Source: an uncultured Spirochaetota bacterium (GTDB lineage Bacteria > Spirochaetota > Spirochaetia > SZUA-6 > Fen-1364). Taken from it: a stretch of DNA of 64,000 nt. The position numbers were made by a program, and so were the translations under genes. A model generated the notes under the pieces. It had not been told where the DNA came from. It saw nothing but the letters and a program-made list of their open reading frames with translations, and searched no databases. The stretch lies in assembly GCA_963734545.1 (NCBI GenBank), contig CAVTHO010000007.1, forward strand, positions 928,001-992,000, read 5' to 3'. Below, one piece after another: positions 59,340 through 64,000 of this stretch; the stretch's first letter is position 1; each line of letters begins with the position of its first letter.

Positions 59340-59561
59340 TCACTTCGTCTTCATTACGAACACTCCGTCCCAGTCATCGGGAGGAGGGTTCTCGATATAA
59401 TGCTTGCAGCGCGCATAGTACACCTTCGAGGGACCGTCTTCAGCATCTATTTTGAGCGCTTTTGCGAATGCGTCCCGCGCGTCTTCGAACTTCATCAGCT
59501 TGTAGAATTTGCGGCCTTCCGCAAAGTACTCGAGTATTTTTTTCTTCTCCTCCGTGATCAT
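59340..59561 (-). CDS. small TPR protein (73 aa)
   Basis: FAEGRKFYKLMKFEDARDAFAKAL..DGPSKVYYARC..PPPDDWDGVF. Confidence 0.8.
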   Translation of the reverse strand: MITEEKKKILEYFAEGRKFYKLMKFEDARDAFAKALKIDAEDGPSKVYYARCKHYIENPPPDDWDGVFVMKTK

Positions 59562-60340
59562 TTTTCAGCCCCCTGGGGAGCGCGCTCCATCGCGCTCTGG
59601 TCGGCGTCCTCCAGTCTTTCCTGGCGCTTCTTCCAGTTCTTCAGGTGCTTGCGGAGCTTCTTTTCCAGGTCCTCTACGGACAAGTCTCCCCTCTTCAGCT
59701 TCTCCCCTTTTCCCTGCAGCTCGGAGACCTCGTCTTCCAGGCCCCGTAGGGTCGCCAGGATCTCACGACCCTCGGTGCGGATATGGGAAAGGAGCTCTTC
59801 CACTTCCGCCGCGTTGCTCCCGTCCGTTTTCTCCGCCAGGGCAAGGAGATCCGATATGGGCTTCTTGATGTGCTGCGTGAAGAAAACGAGCGAGCTGTTC
59901 AACGACTCCACGACCGCAATCCGCTTCTCCCGGCGGGTGAGCTGGCGCGAAAGCTCGCGGCTGCGCAGCACGGCGCGGATGCGGGCCAGGACTTCGGAGA
60001 AATTGAAAGGCTTGGTGATATAATCGTCGACGCCCTGCTCGAAGCCCTCGATCCTGTCCTTCACCTCGTTCATTGCAGAGAACATGATGATGGGCGTGTT
60101 CCGGTAGCGGCGGTACTCGGGGTCCTGCTTGAGCATCCGCGTCACTTCCCACCCCGAGAGCTTGGGCATGATATTGTCGAGGATGATCAGGTCAGGGTTG
60201 CATGCCTGCACCCGCTCGAGCGCCTCTTCTCCGTCGACGGCCTTCTCCACCTGGAAACCGAGCTTGGTGAGCATGACATCGAAGAACTCGAGATTGATGG
60301 GTTCGTCATCGACAATGAGTATTCTGCCTCTGAGCTTCAT
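59558..60340 (-). CDS. response regulator (REC plus helical C-terminal region)
   Basis: ILIVDDE, PDLIILDNIMP, IIMFSA, DDYITKPF. Confidence 0.9.
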   Translation of the reverse strand: MKLRGRILIVDDEPINLEFFDVMLTKLGFQVEKAVDGEEALERVQACNPDLIILDNIMPKLSGWEVTRMLKQDPEYRRYRNTPIIMFSAMNEVKDRIEGFEQGVDDYITKPFNFSEVLARIRAVLRSRELSRQLTRREKRIAVVESLNSSLVFFTQHIKKPISDLLALAEKTDGSNAAEVEELLSHIRTEGREILATLRGLEDEVSELQGKGEKLKRGDLSVEDLEKKLRKHLKNWKKRQERLEDADQSAMERAPQGAEK

Positions 60341-60404
60341 GCGCCCCCCTCAGGAGGGTACTTCATCCCCTCGTCAGTCATTCTGACCCAGAATCTTTGT
60401 GCTG

Positions 60405-62030
60405 TCAATCGCGCGGAGTACCGCGGCGCCGGTGAATCCGCGGAGTACCGCGGCGCCGGCGCAGCGTGCCCAGCGCAAGACCGACAGCGCTCGACGCCAG
60501 GAGGAGCCACGGCATCCAGTCTCCCCATCGGGTGTAGAGAGTGAGCGCGCCGGTGCGGACAGGCACCTTGCCCGAGAGATAGCCCTCCGTGAACGGCGGA
60601 AGCGAGGCCAGGATGCGGCCGTTGGGATCAATGATGTTGGTCATGCCCCCATTGGTGGAACGGACGACGGCGCGCCTGTTTTCCACCGCGCGGAAAACGG
60701 CCATTGTCATGTGCTGCATGGCGCCGGGAACGGAGAAAGACCACGCATCGTTGGTGATGTTGACAAGAACATCGGCACCCTCTGCCACGAACCGGCGGCA
60801 CAGGTCGCCGAAGGTGTCCTCGAAGCAGATGGGCGTGGAAAAATGCACGCCACCGGCTTCAAAAACCGTCGGGACGGTCCCCTTCTCCCAGAAGTGAGTG
60901 TCGGCGCTCTTCAGCCAGTTGTAGATCCCCGGCAGGGTCTTCTCGAACGGGAAGCTCTCGGTAAAGGGCACCAGGTGGAGCTTGCGATAGGTATCCACGA
61001 TCCGGTCCTTGTCGATGAGCAGGGCCGCGTTGAAGTCGACCCTCTCCTCCTGACCCTCTTCCACCCGCTTGAGCTGACCGTCGTCATTGCCCACGACGAA
61101 GGGGACCGGCTGGGCGGCAATGAAAGCGCGCAGCTCCTTCACCAGCTCATAGATCTGCGTGTCAGTCCTGTACCGGGTGTGCCAGTCGATGGCCGGCACG
61201 AAGGAGGTTTCCGACCAGATGACGATCTCCGGGTTCTCTCGAACAGCCAGGAGGCTCTGCCGCTCCAGAACGTCCAGAGACGCCCGATAGGCCTTGTACC
61301 CACCCTTCCAGGGATCCACGTTCTGCTGGACCAGCGCTACTTTCCACTGTCGCACATCGCGAAGGTCGACCGGGGCGGCAAATCCGTAGACAATGACGGC
61401 CGCAAAGACAAATGCGTATGCCGCGGCAGGCGCCGCGAACCGGTGCCAGTTCTCCCTGAGCCTCGGCAGGCCATCTGCGCACGCCTTGCCGAGCAGCGCG
61501 GAAGGGAAGACGACCATCAGAGAGACACCCCAGATTCCCGTGATGTCGCTGATCTGTATGAAAGGCAGAAAGGGGTACTGCGTATACCCGATATTGCCGT
61601 ACGAGTAGGCGAGAAATCCGCTGGTTTTCAGGAAGTATTCGTAGCAGACCCAGAACGCCGCCTGCAGCAGGTACCCATGCCGGGGGAAAAGCATGTCGGC
61701 GAGCTTCAGGACAGGAAAAGTCAGAAGGAAGTACGCGGCATAGATAGGGGGAACTACGACCAGGGTGAGAGGGTGAAACCTGCCCAGCCAGTAGTTGAAG
61801 AGAGCATAGGCCGCGTATCCGAAGAAGATTCCGTAGAAAGGAGCGGCGGTCCAGCGAGACCTGTGCACAACGGCAAAAAACGGCGCGAGGCAGACAAAGC
61901 CCAGCGGAAACCATCCGCTGACGGAAAGAAAACTGGGGAAGGAGAAAGCGAATGCAAAAGCGGAAAGTGCGAGGAGCCCGAGGTCAGCCAGGATCCGCGC
62001 CGTGGGACGGTGCGTGTCGGAGGAGAGCAC
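60405..62030 (-). CDS. lnt: apolipoprotein N-acyltransferase
   Basis: VQQNV, IWSET, YRKLHLVPFTE, ICFED, NITNDAW, RAVENRR. Confidence 0.95.
   Translation of the reverse strand: MLSSDTHRPTARILADLGLLALSAFAFAFSFPSFLSVSGWFPLGFVCLAPFFAVVHRSRWTAAPFYGIFFGYAAYALFNYWLGRFHPLTLVVVPPIYAAYFLLTFPVLKLADMLFPRHGYLLQAAFWVCYEYFLKTSGFLAYSYGNIGYTQYPFLPFIQISDITGIWGVSLMVVFPSALLGKACADGLPRLRENWHRFAAPAAAYAFVFAAVIVYGFAAPVDLRDVRQWKVALVQQNVDPWKGGYKAYRASLDVLERQSLLAVRENPEIVIWSETSFVPAIDWHTRYRTDTQIYELVKELRAFIAAQPVPFVVGNDDGQLKRVEEGQEERVDFNAALLIDKDRIVDTYRKLHLVPFTESFPFEKTLPGIYNWLKSADTHFWEKGTVPTVFEAGGVHFSTPICFEDTFGDLCRRFVAEGADVLVNITNDAWSFSVPGAMQHMTMAVFRAVENRRAVVRSTNGGMTNIIDPNGRILASLPPFTEGYLSGKVPVRTGALTLYTRWGDWMPWLLLASSAVGLALGTLRRRRGTPRIHRRRGTPRD
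60407..60461. repeat. 2 x 27 bp hairpin repeat in the 3' end of lnt (RRRGTPR x2)
   Basis: CGCGGAGTACCGCGGCGCCGG at 60412 and 60439. Confidence 0.85.
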
Positions 62031-62031
62031 C

Positions 62032-62331
62032 CTAGCTCCTCAGATCCCAGACCCTTTGTTTGAGCTCTCTCCCCGGCCTGAAGTGCGCCACGCCGTGGTT
62101 TCGTATCACGACCGTGTCTCCGGTCTTCGGGTTTCGCGCCTTCCGCCCCTTGCGCGTGCGTATTTCGAATGTCCCGAGGCCCCGGAGCTCGATGATCCTG
62201 TCCGCGAGAAGCCCTGATTTGATCTGGTCGAAGAACAGGTCGATTATGCGGTGGATGCTCTTCTTGCTCACCTTGACCAGAGGATAGATATTCTCGACGA
62301 TTTCGGCCTTGGAAAGCTTTTCCCTGGCCAC
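62032..62331 (-). CDS. HU/IHF family DNA-binding protein (Hbb-like position after rpsT)
   Basis: IELRGLGTFEIR, ARNPKTG, FRPGRELK. Confidence 0.93.
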   Translation of the reverse strand: MAREKLSKAEIVENIYPLVKVSKKSIHRIIDLFFDQIKSGLLADRIIELRGLGTFEIRTRKGRKARNPKTGDTVVIRNHGVAHFRPGRELKQRVWDLRS

Positions 62332-62344
62332 GGTGTCGGTCCGA

Positions 62345-62611
62345 CTATGCTTTCAGCCCGCTGAGCAGGTGGTGCATCCTGGACTTCTTGCGGGCTGCGG
62401 TATTCCTGTGGTAGACGCCTTTTGCGACGGCCTTGTCGAGGAAGGAGGAAAGCTCGCCGAGGCTTTTCTGCGCCTCTTCCTTCTTCTTGCCTTCCACGAG
62501 CTCGACGAAATCTTTCACCAGAGTTTTCGCCCTGCTCTTGATCATTTTGTTCCGAAGGCGTCTTTTCTCGCCCTGTCTGTCGCTCTTCTCAGCCGAGAGA
62601 TTCCTGGCCAA
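62345..62611 (-). CDS. rpsT: 30S ribosomal protein S20
   Basis: (M)ARNLSAEKSDRQ..RRLRNK..LDKAVAKGVYHRNTAARKKSR; TTG start with GGAGG RBS. Confidence 0.95.
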   Translation of the reverse strand: MARNLSAEKSDRQGEKRRLRNKMIKSRAKTLVKDFVELVEGKKKEEAQKSLGELSSFLDKAVAKGVYHRNTAARKKSRMHHLLSGLKA

Positions 62612-62660
62612 CGATTCGTACCTCCGCGTTATCCAAATGTCGCATGCGCAACAGTTTATG

Positions 62661-62689
62661 AAACTACTGGAAGGGAGTCGAAGTGTCAA
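62661..62689 (-). promoter_or_regulatory. sigma70 promoter of the rpsT operon
   Basis: TTGACA-17 nt-TAGTTT on the minus strand. Confidence 0.7.
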
Positions 62690-62774
62690 GGCCTGGAAAA
62701 GTCGGCGGATATTTGCCATTCCCGCTGCTTTCCTATATCGTTAGAAATAGGGATCCAAGAGCAGGAGGCGCGGC

Positions 62775-64000
62775 GTGGCGAATGCCCCGAAGGTTTATGA
62801 CTTCCCCATGGAGAAAGTGGAAGGCAAGCTTGTCTCATACCTGAAGAGGAAGCGGGGCGAATCCACCGTTGCGGACATGATCGCCGGGACGGGGTTGCCG
62901 AAGTATCAGGTCGAGCAGGCTGCCAAGGTGGCCTTGAATGAATACGCAGGCCGACTGAAAGTCACCGAATCCGGGGAGCTCCTGTACTACTTCCCCGAGG
63001 GCATGCGCAGCACGGTGCACGGTCTGGGCCCCTCCCTGCGGCGTTTCTGGAAGAGTTTCGCCCGGGGATCCCTGAGGGTTCTTGCCCTTCTCTTCAAAAT
63101 CTGGATCGTAGCCATGCTGGTAGGCTACTTCGTAGGTTTCGTCGCGCTGGTTGTGCTCGCCGTCCTCGCCTCTTTTGCCGCAAGCATGGCCAACAGAAGT
63201 GACAACAGGGGCGGCGGCCGGGACAGGGGAGGCGGCGGCCTCGGACTCAACCTGGTGATCCAGCTGCTGGACTTCATGCTGCGTATGTGGTTCTGGTCCA
63301 ATCTCCTGGGCAGTCAACGGAAAAAGCCCGCGAAGCAGGGCAGGGCCTTCTACAAGTCGGTCTTCGGCTTTGTCTTCGGGGAGGGGGATCCCAACCAGGG
63401 CTGGGACGACGCGGAGAGACGATACATCATCTCCTACATCAGGAGCCACAAGGGTGTCATCACGATGGAGGAGCTCATGACGCTCACCGGCAGTGAGAGT
63501 GACGAGGCGAACCTGCTCATGAATCGCATCCTGCTGGAGTTCGAGGGGGAGCCGGGCGTCACGGACAACGGCACGGTGGTCTACACTTTCCCCGAGCTGA
63601 TGCGCACCTCGCAGGCGGAGCAGAAAGCGATCGGCCAGGTCTCCCTGCTGAACCCGGTCTCCAAGAGTCTCACCCCGTTCTCGGCGAACAAGAAACGCAC
63701 AAACGGCTGGATCATTTTCTTCAACGCGTTCAATCTCTCCTTCGGGTCCTACTTCCTCGTGACGAGCCTGACACGCGGCGCGGACCTGGTCTGGGGCAAG
63801 ACCGGTCCCCTTCTGTACACTTATACCGGGAAACTCCTTGAACAAGCCGGCATCAGCTTCCCTGCGCCCTTGATGGGGATCATCCTCGGCGCGGTACCCG
63901 TGGTTTTTTCAATCCTGTTTTTCCTCGTCCCCTGGCTGCGAAAAATAAACCTCGACCGGCGAAACGCCCGGATTCGGGAGGAAGCATTGAGGCGGCGCAT
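62775..64000 (+). CDS. conserved hypothetical membrane protein (3' truncated), possibly related to the At5g03900/cyanobacterial family
   Basis: AGGAGG RBS plus GTG; frame appears open to the window end; repeated GRLKVTESGELLYYFP / GEPGVTDNGTVVYTFP motif with TM segments; absent from the ORF track because no stop lies in the window. Confidence 0.7.
   Translation, partial: MANAPKVYDFPMEKVEGKLVSYLKRKRGESTVADMIAGTGLPKYQVEQAAKVALNEYAGRLKVTESGELLYYFPEGMRSTVHGLGPSLRRFWKSFARGSLRVLALLFKIWIVAMLVGYFVGFVALVVLAVLASFAASMANRSDNRGGGRDRGGGGLGLNLVIQLLDFMLRMWFWSNLLGSQRKKPAKQGRAFYKSVFGFVFGEGDPNQGWDDAERRYIISYIRSHKGVITMEELMTLTGSESDEANLLMNRILLEFEGEPGVTDNGTVVYTFPELMRTSQAEQKAIGQVSLLNPVSKSLTPFSANKKRTNGWIIFFNAFNLSFGSYFLVTSLTRGADLVWGKTGPLLYTYTGKLLEQAGISFPAPLMGIILGAVPVVFSILFFLVPWLRKINLDRRNARIREEALRRR

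Noticed and set aside
55781-62063. Long antisense ORFs (55781..57364, 60399..62063, the N-terminal part of 53645..55426 and many similar)
   Set aside because: Shadow frames of real GC-rich genes on the opposite strand; no recognisable motifs

Overview
GC-rich core-chromosome segment of a Spirochaetia bacterium, probably free-living and anaerobic. The assignment rests on Borrelia/Treponema-like gene blocks as I recall them: flgF-flgG-flgA-flgI-flgJ-rpoS-polysaccharide deacetylase-tsaD and rpsT-HU-lnt...bactofilin...rho-rpmE. The window holds a group 3b [NiFe]-hydrogenase operon with its maturation protease and hypFCDE, purine/pyrimidine salvage genes, a liv ABC operon, two RpoS-like sigma factors, several cNMP and c-di-GMP signalling proteins, a 2-oxoacid:ferredoxin oxidoreductase operon, a corrinoid protein and two tRNAs (Thr-CGT, Leu-TAA). 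Many genes carry single-base frameshifts, most likely long-read assembly errors. No transposase, integrase, prophage or CRISPR array was seen. Four observations stand out. (1) A dispersed family of nested-hairpin repeats with compensating stems and a constant CATCCNTG-type loop, bounded by (G)TAG and sitting on gene stop codons, with a sub-hairpin that also occurs in frame inside two genes. (2) A near-consensus sigma54 promoter with candidate IHF and enhancer sites upstream of the Borrelia-syntenic rpoS. (3) An orphan triple-CheW/transmembrane/LysM protein. (4) Small genes missed or mis-started by the ORF track, including a stand-alone MshEN c-di-GMP receptor. All calls come from reading the sequence and recalling family motifs; no database searches were run.
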